From NCBI RefSeq assembly GCF_018350175.1, contig NC_058377.1, positions 63,302,001-63,366,000 of the forward strand: 64,000 bases of DNA, read 5' to 3'. The position numbers and the translations under genes are program-made. Source of the stretch: Felis catus. Its lineage: Eukaryota. This document shows positions 1-11,188 of the stretch, one piece after another. Position 1 is the first letter of the stretch. Each line of letters begins with the position of its first letter. Under the pieces are notes generated by a model, which saw only the letters and a list, made by a program, of their open reading frames with translations, ran no database searches and was not told the origin of the DNA.

Positions 1-141
1 GGTTGAAGCGCAGGAATTGGTTACCCCGGAAGCAGTAGTAGCGGCTGAGCCATCGCAGGGCAGAGGAGCAGTTCCCAACAGCCGGCCAGGAACGCTCCTT
101 TGTCGCTCCCGTAGTCAAGTCCCAGAACCATGTGTGGTTAC
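1..141 (-). CDS. HPX: Hemopexin exon 6 (partial, continues past left edge)
   Basis: Translates G|[46 protein letters not shown]; AG acceptor at 142-143; phase fits exon 5. Confidence 0.95.
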
Positions 142-818
142 CTTTGTCCGATCAATCAACAAGCATTCAGTGGGCCAGGCTACACCCTCCCTTACACTTG
201 CACTGGGCCCAAGCTGGGCCAGATATAATCCTGGCCATGTGAAGCTCACAGCCCGCAGGGAAACAGTTGAGAATGATCATACAATAAAATTCAGCAGGAA
301 AATGCACATGATTGGCTCAGCAAGTACAGTGAGGAGAGACAGGGAAAACTTTCCAGAGAAGGTGATATTTAAATTAATACCTGAAGCAGGAGTTACAAGG
401 CAGAGAATGGGAGGAAAAGGAACTCCAGAGAAAGGAAAGTCTGAAGCATGAAGCAAATTGAGTGTATAGGGAACAGCATAGTGTCTCTGGAGTTTCATAT
501 TCAAGGTAAGGGCATGATGAGTGTCGAGGCTGGAGGGTCAGTAGGAACTTGCTCATGGAGAACCTTATTGTAAGACTAAGGAATACAGATTTATCCTAAG
601 GGTCATGGGGAACAGTGAAGAACTTTTAGCAAAATTGCACCATTACCTCACCCAGGATGACTTCCTCTCCTTTCCCTATTTGACCTCTAGATCATAACTG
701 GCATCTCTATTTCTTCCCTTCCTTGGGAAGCCATATGGTGGCTCTACCATCCCTGTGTTACCTCAATCACCACCAACCAACTATTACTCCAGTCTCTCTT
801 ATTCCTGCCTCGACTGAC

Positions 819-972
819 CTTGGAAGAAGAGGACACCCTCATCTTGGCATTCCCCACGGTGACATTCCACAGCTGCATCCACTGGGGATGGAATTCCAGG
901 AAACTCTTCTTGGAGCAACTTAGGATATCCTTTCTCTTTCTTCTCCGGAGGGTACACCCAGACTTTGTCCCC
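819..972 (-). CDS. HPX: Hemopexin exon 5 (154 nt)
   Basis: [51 protein letters not shown]; AG/GT boundaries. Confidence 0.97.
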
Positions 973-2616
973 CTGCATATAAATCACTCTATTTTTAACT
1001 GTGCACCTCCACATGCTGCCATTCTGCATTTACACACAACATCTTTGATATATTGCATCTATACAATGTCCTCCTGTAGGCCTACACACTTTTGATCCAC
1101 CTGTGGATAACAATGTGCTGACCCCTTGCACAAATACTAGTTTGTGCAAATCCCACCACTGTTGCTATAACACATGCACACATCTGGCTGTGTACAACCA
1201 GAGACTCCCATGGCACACTTATCTGTAACACCATTAGTCTTGGCAAACACATCCACACATAGTCATCCTGCAGTCATTCATCCATTCATACATTCATTTG
1301 TTTATCTATGTATTCATCCATTCACTCAAGAAACAGTTGCTAAATGACTACCATATGCCAGATATTGTGAAAGGCACTGAGGATAAAAGGATAACAAGAT
1401 TGTCTCTGCCTTCAAAGAGTTCACTGTAGAAAAGCAGAAAGGATCCTACAATCCTAGCCATGCAGCCACCAAAGTGGAAACATGTGAAGTGCATTGGGAA
1501 TATAGGCAGAGTGTTTAAGCTTACTTAGAGAATTCCTGGAAGCCTTCACAGAGAAGGAAGCATTTGGGCCTGAGTAGGAATTTTTCAGGTGGACAAGTGT
1601 GGAAAGGGTGTTACCAGCAGAGGGAGCAGAGGGAGCAGAGGGAGCAGCCGGCACAAAGCCTGCACAAACAACTACATGTGGTCTCATGTAGGTGGCACAC
1701 AGTGAATGTGGTGGGGGAGGAGAAAAGCTTGGAAAGATAACCAAAGGCCAGAATTCGAGCCCCATGTGTACCTGACTTGTAGGAATTGGCACAGTGTGGT
1801 ACCACTTAGTGAAACAGGGGACACAGCAGGAAGGGTAGGTTTGTGAGAAAGATACTAAGTTCAGTTTGGGAGATATTGAATTTGAGGTGCTACAGAACAT
1901 CTAAGTTGAAGATGTCTACAGGAAATAGGAACGAGATGTCTGGAGCTCTGGGAGATATCCAGATCTGGTATCCACAACACAGAGAGTCCTCAGAGCTGTA
2001 GCCATGGTTGAGATCACCCAGGGAGGGTATATCTGGGACAGATCTTCAAGGAACATACAGGGACTGGCTGAGGATAAGAAGCTTCAAAAGAGCAAGAAAG
2101 AGGCAGGAGGGGAAATCAAGCTGGCAGTGAGGGCTGCCCCAAGCACACAGCACCTTATGCAAATTAGGAGAAGGCGCCCCTTCCTCTGAGCAGACATAGC
2201 CTGGGCCAGGGCATGGGACTTGGTGAGCACAGAAGACTTGATTTCATCTTCCACTCACACCCTAGTCAGATGCCATTGTTGTGAACAGCCTGGCCACCAT
2301 ACAAAGAGTATTTGATGCAGAGTCATGGAAATCAAGGGAAGAAATTACCAGGAAGGAAAGGATGGACAAAAGCATCAGGAGTAGCAGAGAAGTCTGTATA
2401 AAGATTGGGCCTGAAGAATAGCCCCTGGATGCTGTGTCTGCCAGGCCCACATGCACATACACTCCCTTGGCTTGAGCTTCTTCAGGAAAATAAGGCACAG
2501 GGGGAGGAAATCTGGAACCTACAGGTAAGGAGTCCATGCTAGGGCCACCTGTGGGAGGCTCTATAATGTCCATTCCAGCCCTTCCCGGCCCAGCCCTGAC
2601 CTTGGCTCAGAAGTAC

Positions 2617-2738
2617 CTTGATCAGGAAGACACTGTTGTGACCACGGCGGAATGCAGCATCCACAGGGCTGGTGAAATTCTTCCACCTCTCTGAGATTAA
2701 CTCCCGGACCCATTTGTGACTCTTCCACACGAACTCCC
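2617..2738 (-). CDS. HPX: Hemopexin exon 4 (122 nt)
   Basis: [41 protein letters not shown]; AG/GT boundaries. Confidence 0.97.
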
Positions 2739-2905
2739 CTGAAAAACACACACTCACTGAGGGACCCAGAACAAACATTTGGCCTACTGAGATAGTTACA
2801 GAGAAGCTGTGTGTGATACCCTCAGATAATTTCTGAGATCTTCCACAGACAGATACACCCTCGGTGAATGGGACCAAGTCTGAAGTCCCAAATGCCCCCT
2901 CCTAC

Positions 2906-2977
2906 CTTTAAAAAAGAGCATGGCCCCATGTTCATCCAGGGTGGTAGCATCAAAGCTCCAGCCATCCGAACAGGGTT
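2906..2977 (-). CDS. HPX: Hemopexin exon 3 (72 nt)
   Basis: [24 protein letters not shown]; AG/GT boundaries. Confidence 0.97.
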
Positions 2978-3074
2978 CTGGGATGGAGGTGGGGAGATAC
3001 AAGTAAAAGACCAGTCAGGTAATACAATGCAGAGACACAGACAGACAGACAGATTCAGGGAGCTGGGGCCTCAC

Positions 3075-3139
3075 CTGTCACATCTGGGTTCACTCTGGCC
3101 CCACTCCCACCTTCAGCTCCGTTCCCAGGGGTACCATCC
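3075..3139 (-). CDS. HPX: Hemopexin exon 2 (65 nt)
   Basis: P|DGTPGNGAEGGSGARVNPDVT; ctag acceptor, gtgag donor; phases fit both neighbours. Confidence 0.9.
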
Positions 3140-3286
3140 CTAGAGACAAGACAGATAGTTGTCTGGATCCACTGGGCCAAATCCCTCTCCTTTAGCTCCT
3201 GTCTTCAAACTTGCAGGGCCCTAAAAACTGGCCCTATCCCACTTTAGCCCAGTCCCCAGTCCTTCCCCAACCCCAGCTTTACTCAC

Positions 3287-3369
3287 GGAGGAAGAGGGTG
3301 GGCAAAGGTCAGAGACCAGCACAGGCCCAACAACCCCAGTGCAAATGGTACTCCCAGTGCACGAGCCAT
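3287..3369 (-). CDS. HPX: Hemopexin exon 1 coding part (signal peptide)
   Basis: ATG at 3369-3367; MARALGVPFALGLLGLCWSLTFAHPLPP; gtgagt donor. Confidence 0.96.
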
Positions 3370-3413
3370 GCTGAGATGCCACAGGATAGCTCTGGGCACC
3401 TGGATGAGCCCCC

Positions 3414-3569
3414 TATATAGAGATGGCAGCAGCACCACCCCCACCACGAGCCTGCTGAAACTCCAAGTCCTGTCTGTCAGAACTATGCCAATATTGGCTG
3501 ATTACATCAGCGCAAATAAGGTCAGGGTCTGGACAGAAATCTGAGTCCAAGACTAACTCTTCCCGGCAA
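3414..3569 (-). promoter_or_regulatory. HPX: HPX proximal promoter: TATA, CCAAT palindrome, C/EBP-type site, STAT3/IL-6-type element
   Basis: TATATA 3414-3419; GCCAATATTGGC 3487-3498; TATTTGCGCTGATGTAAT (minus) 3501-3518; TGCCGGGAA (minus) 3560-3568; HPX is a known IL-6 acute-phase gene. Confidence 0.75.
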
Positions 3570-5109
3570 GAGGCCCCATCCCCCTTCAATGACTTTTGAG
3601 CAGTAACTAGCCCCTGCCATTGATGCCCAGTTGTGACTCTCATCACCTTGGTGATGGGTCCAGGTGCCCATAAGGTCAAGGAAGGGCATAGATGGATTGA
3701 GAAGCACCTTTCTGTGGTTGGATTTACCTCTATAATGGGGGAGGAGAGAAGAGGAAATTACCACTTTTGTGTACTAAGTGTCAAGCCCTGCTCTAAGATA
3801 GCTAAAGACACTGATACTTACACATATTTAGCAACCAGACATTCATACAAACATACTTAGACATACTCAGAGAACAGCTTTTTTCCAAGCTTTATCAAGG
3901 GTCTTTCTGGGGGCATTCCCAAATCTCTTCAGCTTTGCCCTTAATGGGTCAATAATATTTCGCTGTCGCCAAATGTCCAAGTCCTGCCCCCAGCCCCACC
4001 CCTACTGGTGGGCTTTGAAAAATCACCTGGGAGGGAAGGGCTAAATGGGGCAGAAAGAGGTGTCTCTCTCCCAGATTGCATTTCTAGTAATTAGTCTTTC
4101 TTGGTAGTTTCCACCTTAAGGGAAAAGTACTTTATTTACCCATCACAGAATAAATAGAACTGTAACTGGGGTTTCACAATATTTACTGCTGAGTCTTGCT
4201 TAAATGCTATCTTCTGAATGAAGTCTTTCTCGACCACCTTATCTAGCCATTTCAGACACTTGCATATTTCCTTTATGTCACTTATTAAATCTTGAAATTA
4301 TTTCATCTATTTATTTGTTGCTTTGTTTGTTTGTTTTGCCCATCCTGTTTACCATTACATTCTATCCACCTAAAATAGTACCTGGTGCATAATGGATGCC
4401 CAATAACTATTTGTTGAATGGGGGAAAAAACCGGATTTCAAGTACTGACTACTGTTGCTATTATTGCAGTCAAATTTCTGACAATTTGTTTTCCTTCTGG
4501 GGAAAGGGGTATATCAGGAATTGGGGGTGTGTTAATGATGGGAAGCATATTGTGATCAAGGAGTCATATGTCCCCTTGTCACTGCCCTTCATCTGATGGT
4601 CTTGTTTCTCTCTCCAGTGTCCCATCCCCATATCCTTCTCTCTCTCCAGCCCTGGTATCTCACCTGCTATCTCTAGTATCGGCTATCTTCAGTACTCCTT
4701 GGGGCCACTCCCAAAGTCTGCCCCATTTCCATCTGAGACTTGGCTGCTGAGTCAGGAGACAAATATAGGCAGTCTGGTATGGGCCAGGCTGAGGTTCCAG
4801 GACCCCTATTCCCTAGCCCCCCTGAAAGGGGCCTGATTCCTCTCAGATGGCCCTATGCCCCTGACATTCCCCTATATAACCCTAGCAAAACTCTCAGATC
4901 CCTTTCCTACTCTGCAAAGTTTCCTCCCAACAGAAAAACAAAGATTTCTGGGACCTCTGGAACAATGTATCACTAGGCCTCTGCCCTCAGGCTCAGTCTT
5001 CTCCCCTGACTTACAGATGAAAATGTGCCTTTATAATATCATTCCTCCTTAGTGGGAAAAATCGGGACTTCCCAAGCCCTTGGCAGTATAGGCAAATGTC
5101 AGGGCTCCT

Positions 5110-6102
5110 TTGGGAATGCAAGCTGGTGCAGCCACTCTGGAAAACAGTATGGAGGTTCCTCAAAAAACTAAAAATAGAACTACCCTACGACCCAGCAATT
5201 GCACTACTAGGCATTTATCCACGGGATACAGGTGTGCTGTTTTGAAGGGAAGCATGCACCCCCATGTTTATAGCAGCACTATCAACAATAACCAAAGTAT
5301 GGAAAGAGCCCAAATGTCCATCAATGGATGAATGGATAAAGAAAATATAGTAGGGGCGCCTGGGTGGTGCAGTCGGTTAAGCGTCCGACTTCAGCCAGGT
5401 CACGATCTCGCGGTCCGTGAGTTCGAGCCCCGCGTCAGGCTCTGGGCTGATGGCTCGGAACCTGGAGCCTGTTTCCGATTCTGTGTCTCCCTCTCTCTCT
5501 GCCCCTCCCCCGTTCATGCTTTGTCTCTCTCTGTCCCAAAAATAAATAAAAACGTTGAAAAAAAATTAAAAAAAAAAAAGAAAATGTGGTATACATATAC
5601 AATGGAGTATTACTCGGCAATCAAAAAGAATGAAATCTTACCATTTGCAACTACGTGGATGGAACTAGAGGGTATTATACTAAGAGAAATTAGTCAGAGA
5701 AAGACAAGTATCATATGACTTCACTCAAATGAGGACTTTAAGAGACAAAACACATGAACATAAGGGAAGGGAAACAAAAATAATATAAAAACAGGGAGGG
5801 GGACAAAACAGAAGACACCATAAATATGGAGAACAAACTGAGGGTTACTTGAGGGGTTGTGGAAGGGGGTATGGGCTAAATGGGTAAGGGGCACTAAGGA
5901 ATCTACTCCTGAAATCATTGTTGCACTATACGCTAACAAATTTGGATGTAAATTTTAAAAAATAAAAAATAAAATTAAAAAAAAAAAGAAAACTACTTGG
6001 CAATGTCTACCAAAAGTAATTATATGCGTACTCTAGGATGCATACTCTGCAATGCCACTTCAAGGTATATAACCAATACAAATTTATATATATACTTAAA
6101 AA
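5110..6102 (+). mobile_element. 5'-truncated carnivore L1 (ORF2 C-terminus and 3' UTR) with nested SINE and probable 3' transduction
   Basis: L1 motifs (gcagccactctggaaaacagtatggaggttcctc; tggatggaactagagggtattat); A tail ~5957-5990; 16-bp TSD 5094-5109 / 6103-6118 (14/16). Confidence 0.9.
5353..5579 (+). mobile_element. Felid Can-SINE (SINEC_Fc type) inserted in the L1
   Basis: GGGGCGCCTGGGTGG head, B box GTTCGAGCCC, CT tract, A tail; TSD AAAGAAAATRTRGTA. Confidence 0.95.
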
Positions 6103-7688
6103 AAAGGTCAGAGCTCCTATAGCAGATGCCTGACACCCACCTTGTCCCCACTGCAGGGCATCCCTGGCTGGACCTGCTCTGCCCCAGCTTCTAGGCACTG
6201 GACACAGGGAGCACTACCCGCAGACTTGCTTTCACCTATTTTGTTTTGTTTTTTTGTTTTTTGTTTTTGCCTCTCAGTCTCTAAAACCTCATATAACCTT
6301 CCTGGAATTCTCCCTCCTGAGCACCTAGTGACTCTTCCTCAGAAACCCCCTCAAGCCACTGTCTGTAGCTCCAGACCTGTGCCTACATGCCCTACAAGAT
6401 TTTGCTGAGCCTACCAGGGGAATGGAGGTTTTCACATTGAGTCACAAACACCCCCCAGAAAATCCACAGTGAGGGTCTTCAATAGCTGTACTATCAGGGC
6501 CCTACATGGCCCTGCTGCCCCAGGGGAGCAGCCTCCCCTCTGGCCTAGCAGGACTTTTTGAGGAGAGACAGCATACATACTGGATGGTGGTTTTTCAGCT
6601 TGGGCTCTTTTTCTCCACACAGTTCTGGTCCCCTTCACAGCATCCCTGGGTCTATCTATCCTAGAAAAGTGATTTGTGGCACTTTCTCACTGTTGTTTCC
6701 TAATTCTCTTGTCTACCCTAAGGGGGCTTAGATACCATTATAGGAGTCTTTCTCTTCCTTTCCTGCCCCCCACAACCCCCCCCCCCCGTCATCCCCCTAC
6801 CCCATTTCCCCTGCCCCACCATCCCAGGGACTAGACCAGCAGAGTCTTCTGCATGGCAGGCAGTTCTGTTCAAGCTCAAGTTCTGAGCAGGAGCTAAGAG
6901 GCAGAGGACTGTGTCCATTTGGGAACCCAGGCTGTGGATATGTATGTTGATCATTCCGGTGCTGGTCACAGGGCACAAGACAACTCTTCTCAGGGGACTC
7001 AAATAGGACTGGCCTTGCTTCTTTGCTCACTTGAGGTGGCCATTTCTGCTTATCCTGAGTCCTTCCCAGCCCTCTGGGCTGGGCTGAGAAAGGGCTCCTC
7101 CATACTTGGGCCAGAGCGCCCCCTGGAGGCCACAGGATTTAGTGTGCACCCACCCTTCAACCGGAGGCCAGTTTTCCTCTCCACAGCCTTCTTTCCCCCC
7201 TCCTCTCAGTCTGGCTGTGGGGCCTTAATGGTACATCCCTTCCTCTGCAAACCTCTGCTGCCCTGAGCAGGTTTGGGAACCTAAGTCTCTTGCTTGATTT
7301 CCTGGGGAATTCAAGCCCAGAAAGAGCCAACTATCCCTTCCTTGTGGTCTTCTGAATCCTCTTATCCAGCAACTTTCAGACTTCCCACAAAGGGGGTCTG
7401 AATGTGGGTCTGCAAACGTCTTCATGGACAGAATTTCCTCTTGCATTGCACGGGCTACATTTAAGCTGGACACTCACCCACCATCCCCTGGAATGGCTTG
7501 TCTAGCCGGTCCCACCCCTAGTCTGAGTTCTCTGATCTCAGTCATTTCTCCTGGGGCCCACTGAATGCTGGGTGTGCTGGGCCTGCAGCCCAGCTGTGTA
7601 CTCCTGGGAGCAGAGCCTGGATTCCTTTCCCTTGACTTAGAAGGCTTGGGATAAAGTTCCAGGCACCAAAAAGAGCTAGCTGCTCCAA

Positions 7689-7893
7689 GGGTACCTGGGT
7701 GGCTCAGTCGGTTGAGCCTCTGACTTTGGCTCAGGTCATGATCTCACGTTCAAGTCCCACGTTGGGCTCTCTGCTGACAGCTCAGAGCCTGGAGCCTGCT
7801 TTGGATTCTGTGTCTCCCTCTCTCTGCCCCTTCCCCACTCTCTGTCTCTCTCTCTCTCTCTCTCAAAAAAATAAACATTAAAAAAAAAAAAAA
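7689..7893 (+). mobile_element. Can-SINE
   Basis: tRNA-derived head, (CT)n, A tail; TSD AAAAAGAGCTAGCTGCTCC at 7668-7686 and 7891-7909. Confidence 0.95.
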
Positions 7894-8235
7894 AAGAGCT
7901 AGCTGCTCCCAATTGACTCCTCCAACATGCACATTTTCTCTTGTTCTGTCATAATGGGCCTTCCTGCATAGTCTATTCCTGCTTCTCTGTGAATAAATAT
8001 AGTAATAATTTGCTCATATCTATTGGACACATGTATGCGCTTGGCAGTGTTCTTGACGTGGATTATTTCATTAAATCATATATATGACATATATACATAC
8101 AGGATACTATTAGTCCTATTTTATAAATGAGGTAACTAATATTAGGTATTGTAGCTAAATCCCATTGTTAGCAAATGGTAGAGCCCTGATTAAGTTTTGG
8201 CTGCCTGACCTTTTGGGGTATGCTCATTACCCTTT

Positions 8236-8660
8236 CAAAGGGTATACTAGTACATAAGAGCCAGCTTTCCAGAATGGAAAAAGCCCTGATTGTAGCATTT
8301 GCTAATTTCTGTGGTATAAATCTCCTATTGTGGCCACCGTCAAGCTACAAATGACACCATCAAAGTGGAATTATGAAAAAATGCACAGTAACGTACTACT
8401 TACTATATGGCATTTCCACCACACAGATACAATAGATGTAAATAACCTCAAGAGCACAGGTAATAATAAAATGCAGTAAAAATATTAGGAAGTGATGAGT
8501 TTTGAGTACTACATTTGATTTTCATAAAATGTACTTAACCTCAAATTTACATAATTTAATTTTTAATAATGGCTGGGTTGCAACAACCAGCTGTCACAAT
8601 TCCTGAAAATTCAACAACGAGCCCTCGTGAGCCATATGAGCCAGCTCCAGCATGCCACTG
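8236..8660 (-). mobile_element. MER63-like non-autonomous hAT DNA transposon
   Basis: Right end reads CAGTGGCATGCTGGAGCTGGCTCATATGGCTCACGAGGG on minus, matching the remembered MER63 terminus; left end approximate. Confidence 0.65.
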
Positions 8661-9713
8661 CCCACCAGACTTCCTTAATGAATGGGACAAGGGATGTCAT
8701 CTGCTTTATTCACCATTGTATCTGCAGTACTTAGAGCAGTGCCTGAAACACAGTATATGTTTAATAAATATTGAATCCTGTCCCTACTTTCTGAGTACTT
8801 ATGAACTTATGTATTTATGTACTTTCTCTGCCTCCTTTGAAGTGCAAACATTATCATTTCTTGTTTGATCACTGAAATCACTTCTGCCCCTCTACAATAG
8901 TCTTCATAGCAAGAACAGTAATTTTCAAAAACATACCTGAAACAACCTTATGCTTCTGCTTAAAAGTTTTTTTTCCATGAAGACAAAAATCAATTTTAAT
9001 TCTACTAACCAGGAACACTACTATTAATATTTTATCTATTCCAGTCTTTTTCTATTCCCTCAACATCCCTTCAGAAACAAAGATATAATTTTATAAAGCT
9101 TTTTTCTTCCTTAGTGTATCTTGGACACTAGCATTTTTAAAGGATGCATATATTCCATTATATATTTAAGCAAAACTTGATATAGCCATTCCCTGCTAGT
9201 GGACATTTAGGTTTCTCTGGGATTATTATTTTCTATTATAAATAAAGCTGTGACACATATTGGTACACACACCTCTTTGTGCTTTTGCCCAATTATTTCC
9301 TTTGAAAACATCCTAGAACTGGAAGACTCTAGATGATTTTAGAGTATCTCTGGTCTACGAGGGGAATAGTTTAGAGATGTTGGATTTTCTTCTGTTCTTT
9401 CTTCTCACTTTTCTTTCCACCTCAGAGTCATTGTCCAGCTGCCAGTCCATCCCAAAAGACACCCTTTCACCTCTTTCTGTGGTTTACTATTAAACTCCAG
9501 ATCAAATCCAAACCCTTTATCTGAGTTAAATGATCCAACGCAGGCCTGACTCTCCAAACTTGTTCCTTTCCTCTCTCCCTCCACCTTCCTTCTTCCCCAA
9601 CACGGAGGCCTCCTTTCAGGTCCTCCCAAACACTGAGATCTTGATTCCCCAGGACCTTTGTACCTGTTCTTTATCTGGAAATCTTTACCTCTTCTTCTTC
9701 TACTTCTTCTTCT

Positions 9714-9926
9714 TTTTTAAGTTTATTTATTTTGAGAGAGAGAGAGAGAGAGACAGAGCACATGAGAGGGGAAGGGCAGAGAAAGAGGAAGAGAGCGAAT
9801 CCCAAGCAGGTTCTACACTGCCAGTACAGAGCCTGATGTGGGGCTTGAATCCACAAACTGTGAGATCATAACCTGAGCTGAAGTCAAAAGCCAGATGCTT
9901 AATCGACTGAGCCAACCAGATGCCCC
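9714..9926 (-). mobile_element. Can-SINE
   Basis: T tail, (GA)n, reverse-complement head ending TGCCCC; imperfect TSD TCTACYTCYTCTTCTT. Confidence 0.9.
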
Positions 9927-10008
9927 TCTACCTCCTCTTCTTAACACAGGTGGTTCCCTACCCACCACCCACCCCAGGCTGCAGGTCACTGCTCAAAGAG
10001 GAGTTATT

Positions 10009-10295
10009 TGGGGGCACCTGGGTGGCTCAGTGGGTTGAATGACCAACTCTTTGTTCAACACAGGGCTCGAACCCACAAACCGTGAGATCATGACCTGAGC
10101 CAAAGTTGGACACTTAACTGACTGAGCCACCCAGGTGCTCCTTGAGTGACCAACTCTTAATTTTGGCTCAGGTCATGATTCCAGGGTTGTGGGATTATGC
10201 CCTGCATTGGGCTTCCCACTGAGTGTCAAGTCTGCTTAAGACTCTCCCTCTCTGCCCCTCTTCCCTGCTTGTGCTCTCTTTTAAAAAAAAAAAAA
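10009..10295 (+). mobile_element. Older Can-SINE interrupted by an inverted tailless SINE head (10052-10141)
   Basis: Head at 10009, resumes at 10142, CT tract and A tail; 17-bp TSD around the inner piece. Confidence 0.85.
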
Positions 10296-10303
10296 GAAAA
10301 TTG

Positions 10304-10350
<47 letters not shown>
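10304..10350. repeat. (TA)n microsatellite
   Basis: Pure TA run after SINE tail. Confidence 0.98.
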
Positions 10351-10351
<1 letters not shown>

Positions 10352-11128
10352 CCTTCCTTGCCTACCCCATTTAACATCACATTCTTTTATTTATTGCATT
10401 CTATTCATTTCCATCACAGCTTTAACACAAACTGCCACTATACATTTACTTCCTGTGTTTACTTTTTTGCCTGCCTTCCCCACTATACTATCAACTTCAT
10501 AAGGGCAAAGAACAGTTCTGTCTGTACTCTCAGGGCCCACCACTCTGACTGATACTAAGTGCATACAAGCACTTACTGAATGAATACATGAGCCCACGGG
10601 CCACATATGTCCAGAAGGCTGTTCTGCAATCACCTGATTGACCTACATAAGCAGGTGTGAGTCCTTGCAGGACCACAGAATAACTTTCTGACCTGTCCCA
10701 GCAAGGGTTCTGCTGCAATATCCAAGTCTGTAAAGATTATTTAAGACATGCCAACCAAGTGAAGGCATAGCCTCCACTTCCAGACACCACTTCTGCCTAC
10801 TTCTGGACCCATGGCCTGAACTGGGAGAAAAAATGCCCACTGTGATCAAGTCTAAGAGGAAGTGAGTAACCCTACCCTGAGACATCTTCTGCATGGCTTA
10901 GGCAGACAACCTAATCTGGTATCTATGGAAATCAGCCCCAGCAGCCTATTCTTGTGCTGGTAGGAAAGCCATCTGGGGCTTCCCACCCAAAGGACTTCAT
11001 TTTTATTGCCATTTTATTCCCCTGCTACTTTTAGGTGTCAAGATGTAAGCATGTGAGAGTTGAGGGCTGGGAACTTTGAGCTTCCATCCTCAATGCCACT
11101 GCTGGTGCTTTGTCAAGAAGGGAGTACA

Positions 11129-11188
11129 TACACCTAAAACTAAGATAACATTATGTGTCAACCATACTTCAATAAAAAAATAAATATA
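11129..11188 (+). mobile_element. Very short (~60 bp) L1 3'-end insertion
   Basis: tacacctaaaactaagataacattatgtgtcaaccatacttcaataaaaaaa resembles the carnivore L1 terminus; TSD AAGAAGGGAGTACA / AAGAAGGGAATGCA. Confidence 0.75.

Noticed and set aside
5353-5440. tRNA-like A/B boxes here and in all other SINE heads
   Set aside because: tRNA-derived Can-SINE heads followed by CT tract and A tail, not tRNA genes.
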